Origin: an uncultured Bacteroidales bacterium
GTDB taxonomy: Bacteria; Bacteroidota; Bacteroidia; Bacteroidales; VadinHA17
Length of the DNA: 64,000 bases
Assembly (NCBI GenBank): GCA_963717685.1
Contig: OY970346.1
Location: 1,454,981-1,518,980 of the forward strand
Direction: 5' to 3'
Positions 8,560 through 20,698 of the stretch are shown here, piece by piece. Both the position numbers and the translations under genes were made by a program. The first letter of the stretch is position 1. Each line of letters begins with the position of its first letter. Below the pieces are notes generated by a model. That model searched no databases and had not been told where the DNA came from. It saw only the letters and a list, made by a program, of their open reading frames with translations.

Positions 8560-8763
8560 TCATCTATTGCTAATATTAGCATTGATACCTTTAGTAATTT
8601 CTATTTGCACTGAGATTTTCAAATTATCCCAAAGCCATTCTGCGACATTTTTAATTCCATCCCAGATGTCAGCAAGGATTTCACCCAGCTTTGTTGTACC
8701 ACCGTTGATCTCCATCTGTTCGGAGACAGTAAGTTCCCTTACAGAAAATTTTTCGATTTCCAT
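8560..8763 (-). CDS. Double-glycine-leader peptide (class II bacteriocin-like / secreted peptide precursor)
   Basis: 67 aa. The leader MEIEKFSVRELTVSEQMEINGG fits the L(-12) E(-8) I(-4) G(-2)G(-1) pattern, with the GG codons at 8698-8703. The 45-aa core is TTKLGEILADIWDGIKNVAEWLWDNLKISVQIEITKGINANISNR. It lies downstream of a C39-ABC/HlyD pair. Confidence 0.75.
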   Translation of the reverse strand: MEIEKFSVRELTVSEQMEINGGTTKLGEILADIWDGIKNVAEWLWDNLKISVQIEITKGINANISNR

Positions 8764-8823
8764 GACAATAAGATTTAAATTATTAATGAATTTATCCCCC
8801 GTTTATTTCATTTGCCCGGGGTT

Positions 8824-9165
8824 TTAGCACTGCAACGAAACATTACCAATTTCGTGCATCTGCGTCCGGAAAAAAAGTATTCGGGAAAGAAAATTACCGC
8901 CTGTGCATTGTTTTTCTTCCTGGCAGCTCATTGGCTTTAAATCACATGTTATGGAAATCTCAAAAGGTTCCTTGTAATAGAATGTTTTGACCGATTTGGA
9001 GTAGACAATGGGAGCCCCTCTTGATTTCAATTCATCAAGCAATTCATAGAGGCTTGTGCGGCTTACTCCCAGTTGCTGTGCAAATTCTTGGGGAGTCCCG
9101 GTGCTTCTCCTTTCGACAAGCTTATGCATCCTTCTGATGCGATCGAGGTATTCAAATACTTTCAT
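8824..9165 (-). CDS. Small HTH-domain protein
   Basis: 113 aa. GTPQEFAQQLGVSRTSLYELLDELKSRG is a helix-turn-helix segment. Sits between the transporter and the peptide gene. Confidence 0.6.
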   Translation of the reverse strand: MKVFEYLDRIRRMHKLVERRSTGTPQEFAQQLGVSRTSLYELLDELKSRGAPIVYSKSVKTFYYKEPFEISITCDLKPMSCQEEKQCTGGNFLSRILFFRTQMHEIGNVSLQC

Positions 9166-9176
9166 ATTGCACTGTT

Positions 9177-11342
9177 TTATATTCTTATTTCATCAAATTC
9201 GATATTCTGATGCATCCACATTCTCCGGAAATGGCCGTCAATCACAGAGAGTTCTGAAAAGGTGCCCTCCTGTATCACCGAGCCGCCATCCAGTACAATT
9301 ATCCTGTCCGCCAGGCTTATAGTGGAGAGCCTGTGAGCTATAATTATTACAGTCTTTTTTTCTTCGCGAAGCAATCTTAGAGTGTCCTGAACAAATGATT
9401 CTGCCAACGAATCAAGGGAAGAGGTGGCCTCGTCGAGAATCAGCACCTCCGGATTGCGGTAAAGAGCTCTTGCAATAGCAATCCTTTGCTTTTGTCCTCC
9501 CGACAGAGTTGCACCATTCTCGCCAATGAATGTTCTGAACCCGTACGGAAGGCTTTCAATGAACCTTGTCATTCCAAGCTTTTCGCAAACTGAAAGGATC
9601 TTTTCCATATCTGGATTCAATTCACCTGCCGCAATATTATCGATAATGTTTCCTGAGAACAGGTCTATTCTCTGTGGCACAATTGAAACGATCCTTCTTA
9701 GTGATTTGCCTGTCAAATGGTTGAGATCGTACTTGCCAATCCTTATATGGCCACTTTGTAAAGGATAAAGATTTTGCAGCAACGATGCCAAAGTTGTTTT
9801 ACCGGAGCCGCTCTCACCGACAACGGCGGTTATTTCTCCTTTCCTTATCCTGAGATTCAGTGAATCAAAAACATCAACCCTGGTGCCGTATCTGAATTTG
9901 ACGTCCTCAAAACTAATATCACTTACCATTTCAGGACTGAGCTCGATCCTGTTATCGTCGCTATCAACTTCAAGATCAAAGATTTCAAACAGCCTGTCGG
10001 CAGCTATCCTGGCATCCTGAAGAGTACGGTTGAATCCAATGACTGAGGTTACCGGCCCGGTAAAGTAACCGACTATTGCATAGAATGAAAGCAGTTCCCC
10101 GGGAGTGATCTGAGATCTGATCACATAAACCGTGCCTGCCCAAAGTACAACCAATGTAATAAGCTGAGTTACAAGGGCAGAGGAGCTTGACGAGAAAATT
10201 GAATTTAATCCTGATTTAAAGATTTTTTCAAGCAATCCAATAAACCGTGTCTCTGTTTTTAGATTCGAATAGTCCTCAAGGCTGAACCGCCTGATAGTCG
10301 ATGCTGAATTAAGTGATTCCACGAGCTGAGCCTCGAGGTCTGCAGCTCTTTCCATGACCTTCCGCTGGACCTTGCTGTTAAGCTTGTCTGAGATATAGTA
10401 AATCATCAAATAAAAAGGAATTACCAGCAACATTATCACTGCCAGCTTCCAGAAGAAAGAAAACATCAGGATAAACGACACAAATAATATGAAGATATTC
10501 AGTACGAGATTGATCGATACATCATTGATAAAAACCCTGATCTTGACTGCATCACCTATTCTTGAAATAATCTCACCGGTTCTCATATTGTCAAAAAAGG
10601 ACTGGGGTAATTTGAGCAAATGCTGATAATATCCGAGTATCAATGACGCATCAATTCTCTGTCCCGTCTTCAGTATAAAGAGCGATTGGAAAAACCCCAG
10701 AAACAACCTTACCAGTATTATAAATATCATTGCCAGCCCCAGCAGGTTGAGAAGATTAAGGTTTCCTCCAGGAATTACATGATCAACAAGTTTGCCGACA
10801 TATATTGATGTTGACAATCCAAGAACAGAAAACGCTACCGCGCCGATAAGAGATTGTATCAGGATATCCTTATTTGGTCTTATCAGGTTCCAGAGTCGGG
10901 CCTGTAAGGACGATTTTTCATCCCTGACACTGAATTTCTCTCCGGGGGCAATCAATATCATGACCCCGGTCCATTCCTTCCTGAACTCATCATGAGGGAC
11001 TTTATGCAATTCTCCATCGAAGGGATCCATTATTTCAATGCACCTGTCAGTTGTTCCTACAATGACCACATAATGAGTAAGTACATTCTTTACAATGAGA
11101 TGAGCAATTGCCGGTTTTGGTATTTTGAAAAGACTCTCCCATTCGCCCTTTACCCCCTTGGCAAGAAATCCCAATTTCCCGGCTGCTTCCACTAACCCGA
11201 GGACATTGGTTCCCTTGCTGTCTGTTCCGGCAAGCTGCCTGATTCTCGAAACCGGCAGATTAACCCTGTAATGGGCTGCAACAGAAGCAAGGCAGGCGGC
11301 GCCGCAATCAGTTATATCCCTTTGTCTGACTTTAATATTCAT
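9177..11342 (-). CDS. Peptidase-C39-domain ABC transporter (bacteriocin/peptide processing and export)
   Basis: 721 aa. N-terminal C39 motifs QRDITDCGAACL (Cys), THYVVI (His) and IMDPFDG (Asp) are all intact. Followed by a 6-TM domain, Walker A GESGSGKTT, signature LSGGQKQRIAIARA and Walker B LILDEATSSLD. Confidence 0.9.
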   Translation of the reverse strand: MNIKVRQRDITDCGAACLASVAAHYRVNLPVSRIRQLAGTDSKGTNVLGLVEAAGKLGFLAKGVKGEWESLFKIPKPAIAHLIVKNVLTHYVVIVGTTDRCIEIMDPFDGELHKVPHDEFRKEWTGVMILIAPGEKFSVRDEKSSLQARLWNLIRPNKDILIQSLIGAVAFSVLGLSTSIYVGKLVDHVIPGGNLNLLNLLGLAMIFIILVRLFLGFFQSLFILKTGQRIDASLILGYYQHLLKLPQSFFDNMRTGEIISRIGDAVKIRVFINDVSINLVLNIFILFVSFILMFSFFWKLAVIMLLVIPFYLMIYYISDKLNSKVQRKVMERAADLEAQLVESLNSASTIRRFSLEDYSNLKTETRFIGLLEKIFKSGLNSIFSSSSSALVTQLITLVVLWAGTVYVIRSQITPGELLSFYAIVGYFTGPVTSVIGFNRTLQDARIAADRLFEIFDLEVDSDDNRIELSPEMVSDISFEDVKFRYGTRVDVFDSLNLRIRKGEITAVVGESGSGKTTLASLLQNLYPLQSGHIRIGKYDLNHLTGKSLRRIVSIVPQRIDLFSGNIIDNIAAGELNPDMEKILSVCEKLGMTRFIESLPYGFRTFIGENGATLSGGQKQRIAIARALYRNPEVLILDEATSSLDSLAESFVQDTLRLLREEKKTVIIIAHRLSTISLADRIIVLDGGSVIQEGTFSELSVIDGHFRRMWMHQNIEFDEIRI

Positions 11343-12511
11343 CCTTCATCATTTTTATTGTAAGGATTGAACCATTTTTCAGCCTTGTCAAATAATAAAT
11401 TGAACAGTGTCCGCCGGGTTACAATAATCCTTGCATTAAAACTCATCCCTTTCTTTATTTCGGCGCATATCCCGTTTTTAAGACTCAGATAAGTTTTCCC
11501 GGGTTTGCATTTAATCCGGAAATATGCATTTGCCCCATCTTCAACAATCATATCGTCAGATATATCAATTATCGTGGCATCAAGCAATCCCCATTCATTA
11601 TGATTCAAGGCATCGATCTGGATTTTAACTTTTTGATCTGGATGGATCAATCCTATATCACCTGGTTTTATGAAACAGGTAGCGATAAGATCTCCTGCAG
11701 GAGATATCTCGGCAATCATCTGGTTAACTGCCACAATAGCGCCAGGCTGGATATCGGAACTCCTGATTATTTCTCCGTGGACAGGAGCTACAACGACCCT
11801 GTTGTTTATCTGTTCCAGGTAACTTTGGAGATCCGCCTGCATTTCAATTGCGTCATTTTTTCTTTCCATCAGGTCGTCCTGCCATTGGTTTTTATGAAGA
11901 ACAAGTACCTGATTAAGGTTTTCCTCATCTGATTTAAAAATATACCGGGAGGTTTCAAAGTCGGCATCAGCAATAATATTCTGATTATGAAGAATCTCAT
12001 TTCGTCTGTGATCGGCAGATGATTTCTGATATTTCTGAAACTGAATGGCAAGGGAATTCTTCATTTTAGCAAACTCCGAATAATATCTCTTTGTCCCAAA
12101 ATTATCAGTATCGAGCTGTATATTATTTCTATCGATCATTGTCAGTTTTTCAAGATCAGCTATCGCCATGCTGTTCTCAAGGATTTTTTTCTGAAGCGCA
12201 TTTTTCTGTGCTTTAATCGTCTCCGAATCAATAATAAACAGTGTATCGCCTTTTTCAATTTCGATCCCATTTCTGACGGATGTATATGTTATCTTCCCCT
12301 GGAAAGGAGAATAAACAGTCTGTTTTTCTATTTCTGATTGAAAATATCCTCTTGCCTGAACTACGATATCAACATAAATAAATGGAAGAATAATCAGATC
12401 TGCAGAAATAAAAAAAATAATGATCCAGTAAATAATCCTGCTTTTCGGAGTTATCCTGATCAGATAATTCTCCAATGTATATTCAGTAAGCGATGAGGGA
12501 ATCATTTCCAT
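11339..12511 (-). CDS. HlyD-family membrane fusion / secretion protein
   Basis: 390 aa. Single N-terminal TM (IIYWIIIFFISADLIILPFIYV), a long coiled-coil-like middle and a beta-rich C-terminus. 4-nt ATGA overlap with the ABC gene. Confidence 0.85.
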   Translation of the reverse strand: MEMIPSSLTEYTLENYLIRITPKSRIIYWIIIFFISADLIILPFIYVDIVVQARGYFQSEIEKQTVYSPFQGKITYTSVRNGIEIEKGDTLFIIDSETIKAQKNALQKKILENSMAIADLEKLTMIDRNNIQLDTDNFGTKRYYSEFAKMKNSLAIQFQKYQKSSADHRRNEILHNQNIIADADFETSRYIFKSDEENLNQVLVLHKNQWQDDLMERKNDAIEMQADLQSYLEQINNRVVVAPVHGEIIRSSDIQPGAIVAVNQMIAEISPAGDLIATCFIKPGDIGLIHPDQKVKIQIDALNHNEWGLLDATIIDISDDMIVEDGANAYFRIKCKPGKTYLSLKNGICAEIKKGMSFNARIIVTRRTLFNLLFDKAEKWFNPYNKNDEG

Positions 12512-12771
12512 GATTTAGTTTTTAATATTCATTTCAGTCAACTTTTCTTCAGGAGACAATTCGCAAACATTCATGTCAATTTTGCGGTTTTTGTGACACA
12601 ACATTTTAAGAAAAATCAACATTGAGATTTAATTTATACATATTCTAAATAAAAAAGACTTAAAATCAGTAATATAGATCAGTCATGAAATTCAATGTGT
12701 AGGGTATAAGGATTGAGTCCGGAATATGGAAAATACACATAACCCGGCACACCATCCCCAAATCTTTTCTT

Positions 12772-12802
12772 TTTGCATTTTTGAAAATCATTATTATATT
12801 TG
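12772..12802 (+). promoter_or_regulatory. Bacteroidetes-type promoter (-33 TTTG / -7 TAnnTTTG) for the met leader
   Basis: TTTG at 12772-12775, a 19-nt spacer, then tatatttg at 12795-12802. Located about 40 nt upstream of the riboswitch P1 stem. Confidence 0.45.
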
Positions 12803-12842
12803 CCCCGTAAATCAGATATTCCTTCCTTTCAGGGGTGTTTGA

Positions 12843-12958
12843 TTTTTATTGAGAAGGGCGGAGAGATTAGGCTCTGCGAAACCCTGGCAACCAATCCTGC
12901 AGTAGTAGGGCAACGGTGCCAAAACCTAATCCCGGACAAACCCGGGAGATGATAAAAA
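12843..12958 (+). promoter_or_regulatory. SAM-I (S-box) riboswitch aptamer
   Basis: P1 is tttttattg (12843-12851) pairing with gatgataaaaa (12948-12958). Core reads GAGAAGGGCGGAGAGAttaGGCtCtGcGAAaCCCtGGCAACC ... GGTGCCAAAACC ... with P4 hairpin cccgg acaaa ccggg. This matches the S-box consensus elements AGAG-GGnGGAGGGA, GCAACC and GGUGCnAA. It sits upstream of metY-metX-hom. Confidence 0.8.
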
Positions 12959-13121
12959 CTGAACACGAAACAATGAAACCGCTTCATCTGTCACTCAGAA
13001 ACCTCATCATGCCGCTCATGCCTATGGACATGCGCCGGTAAAGATCCTGTATCAATATTACCCGTCTTACCAACTGTTGCAGGATCATTGCAACGGCAGC
13101 ACTATATACCTGCCTGCGTAA

Positions 13122-15472
<2,351 letters not shown>

Positions 15473-15473
15473 A

Positions 15474-16679
15474 ATGGTTGACAGGGAAAAACTGAGAATA
15501 GGAATGTTCGGTTACGGCTGCGTGGGGCAGGGCCTTCACGACGTGCTGAACAGCAGTAAAGGCTTCAGGGCCGATATTGTAAGGATATGCGTCAAGGACA
15601 GGACCAAGAAGAGAAGGATACCGATGTCGAACTTCACATTCGATAAAAATGATATCCTTGAGGACCCGTCAATAAACTTGGTCGTCGAGCTGATAGACGA
15701 TGCCGGCGAGGCGTTCAACATTGTCTCCACGGCGATGAAGAAAGGCAAGAATGTGGTAACTGCCAATAAGGTGATGGTGGCAAATCATTTCAGGGAGCTT
15801 GTCGGCCTTCAGGAAGAATATAATGTTTCGCTTCTCTACGAGGCATCTGCGGGAGCGAGCATACCGATTATCCGGAACCTGGAGGAGTACTACGACAATG
15901 AGCTCCTCTATTCGCTGCGCGGCATTCTTAACGGAACGACCAATTATATCCTGACACTTATGCACGACAGGGGCGCCGATTATGATGCAGCCCTCAGGGA
16001 GGCGAGGGAGAAGGGCTTTGCGGAATCAGATCCCACCCTCGATGTGGAAGGATGGGACGCAAAGTACAAGCTTTGCATAATTACAGGCCATGCATACGGG
16101 CTCTTCCTTGATCCGGGAGAAGTGTTCCATTATGGCATAAGCACCATTTCGAAATTTGACATACAGTACGCAAAGGAGAAGGGCTTTAAAATAAAGCTTG
16201 TGCCGTTCGTAGGGAAGACGAATGATAATACCATCACTAGTTTCGTGCTGCCCAGGTTCATTTCGCCTGACAAATACCTGTACAACGTCGACCACGAATA
16301 CAACGGCGTTATTACGGAAGCCGCTTTTGCCGACAAGCAGTTCTTCTCGGGAAAGGGAGCCGGCGGCCACCCGACAGGAAGCGCCGTGCTTTCGGATATT
16401 TCGGCCAATTCATACGGGTACAGGTACGAGTACAAGAAATACCAGCAGGGAACGATCACAAACTATACCCGCGATTACAGGATAGAGATATATTTAAGGT
16501 ACAGGAATGAAAAGGACCGTAATTTATTTGGATTTGAGGAAGTGTCGGAATATTTTAGCGGCAGATTGTACAAATATGTGATCGGGATCGTGAATCTTGA
16601 AAGATTGTATGCCTTGAGAGAACAACTCGGGCAAATGGATGTTTTTATAGTGAATACGGGAAGGAAGGGGATAAATTAA
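15474..16679 (+). CDS. hom: Homoserine dehydrogenase
   Basis: 401 aa. N-terminal dinucleotide fold GYGCVGQG, plus EASAGASIPII and GILNGTTNYIL motifs. Confidence 0.88.
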   Translation: MVDREKLRIGMFGYGCVGQGLHDVLNSSKGFRADIVRICVKDRTKKRRIPMSNFTFDKNDILEDPSINLVVELIDDAGEAFNIVSTAMKKGKNVVTANKVMVANHFRELVGLQEEYNVSLLYEASAGASIPIIRNLEEYYDNELLYSLRGILNGTTNYILTLMHDRGADYDAALREAREKGFAESDPTLDVEGWDAKYKLCIITGHAYGLFLDPGEVFHYGISTISKFDIQYAKEKGFKIKLVPFVGKTNDNTITSFVLPRFISPDKYLYNVDHEYNGVITEAAFADKQFFSGKGAGGHPTGSAVLSDISANSYGYRYEYKKYQQGTITNYTRDYRIEIYLRYRNEKDRNLFGFEEVSEYFSGRLYKYVIGIVNLERLYALREQLGQMDVFIVNTGRKGIN

Positions 16680-16719
16680 ACTTGATTTGTTACCTCAAAC
16701 ACGAACAAAGTAAAGTCCA

Positions 16720-16920
16720 GATGAAAGATAAAATTGTATTAACCCCCTTTTGCCTCGCAAGCTCGGCATCTCCCCCCAATGGGTGGAGATTTTGAGAGGG
16801 AGGGTGAGAAACAGAAAAATGTATATCTGAAAGATGAGATTGTCTTAAAGTGAAACAACCCCCTTTTGCCTCGCAAGCTCGGCACCTTCCTACTGTGGGA
16901 AGGCAGGGAGGGGGTTAAGA
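16720..16920. repeat. Tandem pair of GC-rich nested-palindrome repeat units
   Basis: A 28-nt identical block aacccccttttgcctcgcaagctcggca occurs at 16741-16768 and 16857-16884, each preceded by gaaagat(a/g)a(a/g)attgt. Unit 1 inner hairpin is 16768-16777/16781-16790. Unit 2 has hairpin 16885-16890/16898-16903 and a perfect outer stem aaccccct/agggggtt (16857-16864/16909-16916). Confidence 0.75.
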
Positions 16921-17037
16921 AAGGAATAAAAGTGTCCTTCCAGACTTTAAAAATGCGTTATATAAATTGTGAAGAAATACATAGCTGTCGGGATAACAAT
17001 GGTACAAAAAGGAAGAAATTGAAAAATATTAATTCCA

Positions 17038-20000
17038 ATGAATTCTTTACTCGAAGATATTATTAAAAAAAGGATCCTTGTTCTTGACGGGGCAATGGGG
17101 ACCATGATCCAGAAGCTCAGGCTCGGGGAAACCGATTTCCGTGGAGCAGAGTTTGCAGGTCATTCCAGGCCGCAGAAGGGCAACAATGATCTCCTGTCTC
17201 TGACCAACCCGCCGGTCATTAAGAATATTCACAGGGAATATCTTGAGGCCGGGGCAGATATCATTACCACGAATACCTTTAATTCCAATGCGATTTCCAT
17301 GGCCGATTATGGCATGGAAGAGCAGGTCCGCAGGATGAATATTGCCGCTGCCCGGAACGCGAGGGAGGCTGTTGACGAGTTTGAAAGGTCGATGGGATCG
17401 TCAGGACATTTCATAGCAGGCACTCTCGGACCAACAAACCGCACAGCCTCTATGTCGGCAGACGTGAATGACCCGGGAGCCAGGTCAGTGACTTTTGACA
17501 GGCTCGTTGAAGCCTACTCTGAACAGGCAAAGGGGCTTATGGAAGGAGGTGTTGATATCCTGCTCATCGAAACTGTCTTCGATGTCCTTAACTGCAAGGC
17601 GGCGCTATTTGCAATTGATACGGTCTTTGAGGAAATGGGCAAACGTCTGCCGGTCATGGTTTCGGTTACTGTCACCGACGCCAGCGGAAGGACGCTCACA
17701 GGCCAGACACTTGAGGCATTCCTGGTATCGGTATCGCATTTCCCATTGTTCAGTATTGGAATAAACTGCTCTCTGGGAGCAGAACAGCTCAGACCCTTTG
17801 TCGAAGAATTATCGGCTAAATCAGGATTTCATGTATCGGCACATCCGAACGCAGGCCTTCCGAACCAGTTCGGGGAATATGACCAGTCGGCGGAATTCAT
17901 GGCGTCAATCATTGAGGAGTTTCTGAAGGAGGGATGGGTGAATATAATCGGAGGCTGCTGCGGAACGACACCTCTTCACATAAGGAAAATATCGGAGATT
18001 GCAGGGAAATACAAACCCAGAATCAGTCCAGCCATAAATAAATATACAAGGCTTAGCGGGCTTGAGCCTCTTACAATAACGCCGGAGACAAATTTTGTCA
18101 ACATAGGAGAAAGGACAAATGTGTCGGGATCGATAAAGTTTGCGAGGCTTATAAAGGAGGAAAAATATTCAGAAGCCCTGGCAGTGGCACGGAGCCAGGT
18201 GGAAGGAGGAGCCCAGGTGATTGACATTTGCATGGATGAGGCGATGCTGGATTCCGAAAAGGCCATGGTCAGGTTCGTGAACCTCATTATGGCTGAGCCG
18301 GATATAGCAAAGCTTCCCCTGATGATCGACTCATCAAAATGGAATGTAATAGAAGCTGCCCTTAAATGCATCCAGGGCAAGTCGGTCGTAAATTCCATAA
18401 GCCTCAAGGAGGGAGAGGAAGCATTTCTTGAACATGCGAAACTTATAAGGAAATATGGAGCAGCAACGGTAGTGATGCTGTTCGATGAAAAGGGACAGGC
18501 TGATTCGCTGGAAAGGAAAACAGCCGTTGCCCGGAGGTCGTACACCCTTCTTGTTGAAAAGCTGGGATTCCCTCCTGAAGACATAATTTTTGACCCTAAT
18601 GTTCTGGCGATAGCGACCGGGATAGAAGAGCATAACAATTATGCCGTCGATTTCATAAATGCGACACGGTGGATAAAGGAAAACATGCCTTATTCCAGGG
18701 TAAGCGGAGGGATAAGCAACCTTTCATTCTCCTTCAGGGGAATTGACAAGGTGCGTGAAGCAATGCACTCCGTTTTCCTTTATCACGCGATTAATGCAGG
18801 CCTTGACATGGGCATAGTGAATCCGGGGATGCTCCAGGTTTACACTGAGATCCCAGGCGACCTTCTCCGCCTCACTGAGGACGTGGTGCTTAACAGGCGG
18901 AAAGATGCCACAGAAAGGCTTGTCAAGTTTGCAGGCGACCTGAAGGATGAGGGGAAAAAGGAAGAGAAAAGCGATGAATGGCGACTGATGCCCGTAACCG
19001 ACAGGATAAGACACTCGCTCATAAGAGGATTGGATGAATTCATCGAACAGGATACAGAGGAGGCGCGGGGATCATTTGAAAGATCAATCGATCTGATTGA
19101 AGGGCCGCTGATGTCAGGGATGAATGAAGTCGGCGACCTTTTCGGATCAGGAAAAATGTTCCTTCCGCAGGTGGTTAAAAGCGCAAGGGTGATGAAAAAA
19201 GCAGTGTCGAAGCTCGCCCCGTACATTGAAAAGGAAAATGCAGGCACGGAAAAAAAGAATGCAGGGCGGATTGTCCTTGCAACAGTCAGGGGAGATGTGC
19301 ATGACATTGGAAAGAATATTGTCAGCGTTGTGCTTTCATGCAACAATTATGATATCATTGACCTTGGAGTAATGGTTTCTTCCGACAGGATAATTGATTC
19401 CGCGATTAAAGAAAAGGCTGACTTCATCGGTTTAAGCGGATTAATAACCCCTTCGCTTGAAGAGATGGTGCATGTCGCATCGGAGATGGAACGAAGGAAG
19501 CTTAATGTACCGCTTCTTATCGGCGGAGCAACTACTTCGGAAATACATGCTGCAGTAAAAATAGCTCCAGCTTATTCAGGCCCCGTCATTCATGTAAAAG
19601 ATGCATCAAAAGCTGCAGGAGTGCTTTCTTCCCTCATGAGGAAAGATAACAGGGGATATATATCCTCTGTTTCAGAAAAATACAAAAAGATAAGAGAAGC
19701 TCATGCATCGGCTGGCGAAAAGCATGCACTGATACCGCTGGAAGAAGCCAGGAAGAACAGGCTCATCACTGACTGGGAGTCGTACAGGATCCATAAACCT
19801 GAAAGCCACGGACATCTTGTTATAGAAAGCATTAACATAGGTGTTCTTTCTGAATATATCGACTGGACATTCTTCTTTTATTCGTGGAAGATCACGGGCA
19901 GGTATCCTGCCGTTCTTGATGATCCTGTCAAGGGAGGTGAGGCAAGGAAGCTTTTCATTGATGGCAGGCATTATCTGGCTGAGATAATCGACAAGAGGCT

Positions 20001-20688
20001 GATAACAGCAAAGGCCGTTTTCGGAATTTATCCTGCTGTTGCGGAAGGGGATGATGTGATCGTTTATACAGGTAATATCCCTGAAGGGCCCGGAACAGAA
20101 TTAAGGTTCCTGAGGAACCAGGAGCCAAAAGAGAACGGAAAGCCGAATCTTTCTCTTTCCGATTTCATCGCACCTGCATCATCGGGGCTGACGGATAATA
20201 TCGGATTATTCGTGGTCACTGCAGAGATTGATGATGCAGCATTCGGACAATACAGGGATGACGACTATGCATCGATAATGATAAGGATGCTCAGCGACCG
20301 CATTGCTGAAGCTGCAGCCGAATGGCTGCATGAGAAGATAAGGAAGGAGTACTGGGGCTATGCCTGCGACGAGCGGCTGACAATAGAAGAAATGCTGGCT
20401 GTAAAGTACACGGGAATAAGACCCGCACCCGGCTATCCTGCATGTCCTGACCATACTGAAAAGGAAACAATTTTCGATTTACTGGACGCCAGGGCATCGA
20501 TAGGCGTGGAGCTGACTGAGAATTTTGCCATGACACCGCCGGCATCAGTTTGCGGATATATTTTCTCACATCCGGCTTCATCATATTTTGCCATTGGGAA
20601 AATCGGACGCGACCAGCTTGAGGATTATGCTACAAGGAAGAATATGACAAGCCAGAATGCTGCCAGATGGCTTGCACCTAATTTATAA
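17038..20688 (+). CDS. metH: Cobalamin-dependent methionine synthase
   Basis: 1216 aa. Contains Hcy-binding and pterin-binding domains, the B12-binding motif [10 protein letters not shown] (DxHxxG) and a C-terminal AdoMet-activation domain. Confidence 0.95.
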   Translation: MNSLLEDIIKKRILVLDGAMGTMIQKLRLGETDFRGAEFAGHSRPQKGNNDLLSLTNPPVIKNIHREYLEAGADIITTNTFNSNAISMADYGMEEQVRRMNIAAARNAREAVDEFERSMGSSGHFIAGTLGPTNRTASMSADVNDPGARSVTFDRLVEAYSEQAKGLMEGGVDILLIETVFDVLNCKAALFAIDTVFEEMGKRLPVMVSVTVTDASGRTLTGQTLEAFLVSVSHFPLFSIGINCSLGAEQLRPFVEELSAKSGFHVSAHPNAGLPNQFGEYDQSAEFMASIIEEFLKEGWVNIIGGCCGTTPLHIRKISEIAGKYKPRISPAINKYTRLSGLEPLTITPETNFVNIGERTNVSGSIKFARLIKEEKYSEALAVARSQVEGGAQVIDICMDEAMLDSEKAMVRFVNLIMAEPDIAKLPLMIDSSKWNVIEAALKCIQGKSVVNSISLKEGEEAFLEHAKLIRKYGAATVVMLFDEKGQADSLERKTAVARRSYTLLVEKLGFPPEDIIFDPNVLAIATGIEEHNNYAVDFINATRWIKENMPYSRVSGGISNLSFSFRGIDKVREAMHSVFLYHAINAGLDMGIVNPGMLQVYTEIPGDLLRLTEDVVLNRRKDATERLVKFAGDLKDEGKKEEKSDEWRLMPVTDRIRHSLIRGLDEFIEQDTEEARGSFERSIDLIEGPLMSGMNEVGDLFGSGKMFLPQVVKSARVMKKAVSKLAPYIEKENAGTEKKNAGRIVLATVRGDVHDIGKNIVSVVLSCNNYDIIDLGVMVSSDRIIDSAIKEKADFIGLSGLITPSLEEMVHVASEMERRKLNVPLLIGGATTSEIHAAVKIAPAYSGPVIHVKDASKAAGVLSSLMRKDNRGYISSVSEKYKKIREAHASAGEKHALIPLEEARKNRLITDWESYRIHKPESHGHLVIESINIGVLSEYIDWTFFFYSWKITGRYPAVLDDPVKGGEARKLFIDGRHYLAEIIDKRLITAKAVFGIYPAVAEGDDVIVYTGNIPEGPGTELRFLRNQEPKENGKPNLSLSDFIAPASSGLTDNIGLFVVTAEIDDAAFGQYRDDDYASIMIRMLSDRIAEAAAEWLHEKIRKEYWGYACDERLTIEEMLAVKYTGIRPAPGYPACPDHTEKETIFDLLDARASIGVELTENFAMTPPASVCGYIFSHPASSYFAIGKIGRDQLEDYATRKNMTSQNAARWLAPNL

Positions 20689-20698
20689 AACCAGCTGA

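Noticed and set aside
8824-8931. Second GG-leader peptide hidden in the C-terminus of the HTH protein (MSCQEEKQCTGG|NFLSRILFF…)
   Set aside because: It is in frame with and continuous with the HTH ORF. The 12-aa 'leader' lacks the L(-12)/E(-8)/I(-4) pattern. It is kept only as a note under the HTH finding.
16720-16920. CRISPR-like direct repeats
   Set aside because: There are only two copies. The 'spacers' are themselves related palindromic sequence, and there are no cas genes. It is a tandem REP-like element.
16866-17066. 66-aa ORF (MPRKLGTFLLWEGREGVKKG…) and the analogous 55-aa ORF at 31-198
   Set aside because: Both are translations of the GC-rich palindromic repeat elements. Repeat-derived ORFs of this kind are common false gene calls.
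17976-19346. Long antisense ORFs inside metH (220 aa at 17976-18638 and 168 aa at 18840-19346)
   Set aside because: They are Ser/Ile-rich shadow ORFs opposite a highly conserved metH reading frame, a typical antisense artefact.
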